A DNA stretch of 64,000 nucleotides from Paraspadella gotoi (taxonomy: Eukaryota; Animalia; Chaetognatha), in NCBI GenBank assembly GCA_051294375.1, contig CM119265.1:26201748-26265747 (forward strand). Reading direction: 5' to 3'. A program made the position numbers and the translations under genes. Under the pieces are notes generated by a model. It did no database searches. It was not told the origin of the DNA and saw only the letters and a list, made by a program, of their open reading frames with translations. Below, piece after piece: positions 63,789-64,000 of this stretch; the stretch's first letter is position 1, and each line of letters opens with the position of its first letter.

Positions 63789-64000
63789 AAAGAGTTAAAA
63801 ACAAGTTTGAGCAAACAACGCAGCATCTGGACGAGGACATTTAACGGGAAGATCGGAGAAAAGAGAGGCGACGAGAGACGAGGGAGCGGGCGAGAGGAGA
63901 GGAGAAGAGGAGGGAAGGATGGAGGTAGAGGGAGAGAGAGAGAGGAGGAGAGAAAGAGAGAGAAGGGAAGAAGGGAGGAAAGAGAGATAGGAGAGGGAGG

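Noticed and set aside
57837-64000. Numerous Leu/Ser/Phe- or Arg/Glu-rich ORFs
   Set aside because: Translations of (CT)n, (GA)n and (CTTT)n microsatellites; no domains or consistent exon chain.

Overview
AT-rich, CpG-rich, microsatellite-dense ((GA)n, (GAC)n) animal-like genomic DNA from a gap-filled draft assembly, with five 25-N gaps, one 445-N gap and indel-rich stretches. It is not prokaryotic, and most listed ORFs are microsatellite translations. Supportable content: (1) a multi-exon Deltex-family RING-H2/DTC E3 ligase gene (+, ~7.7-18.7 kb) with an atypical architecture, hosting five tRNA-Arg(UCG) genes, three in well-supported introns and two in a probable upstream intron. The gene is scrambled by a ~4.8-kb fold-back inverted duplication that is probably an artefact but lets the gene be rebuilt in frame. 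(2) A frameshifted Mutator/MULE transposase (FAR1-like, DDE and SWIM motifs; ~22.3-25.1 kb) with a CpG-rich 5' part and a CpG-depleted body, flanked by ~430-bp DIRECT repeats rather than TIRs. (3) An intronless 14-finger C2H2 gene. (4) A four-exon secreted chymotrypsin-like protease (-) with a GC-AG intron and a Leu|VIGG activation site. (5) A MITE family with degenerate TTAGGG internal arrays, one copy interrupted by a TTAA-flanked Kolobok-like element. (6) A ~5.7-kb noisy tandem duplication, several minisatellites, and a hairpin-rich intronic segment of unknown nature. All family calls come from hand translation and motif recognition; no database search was run.
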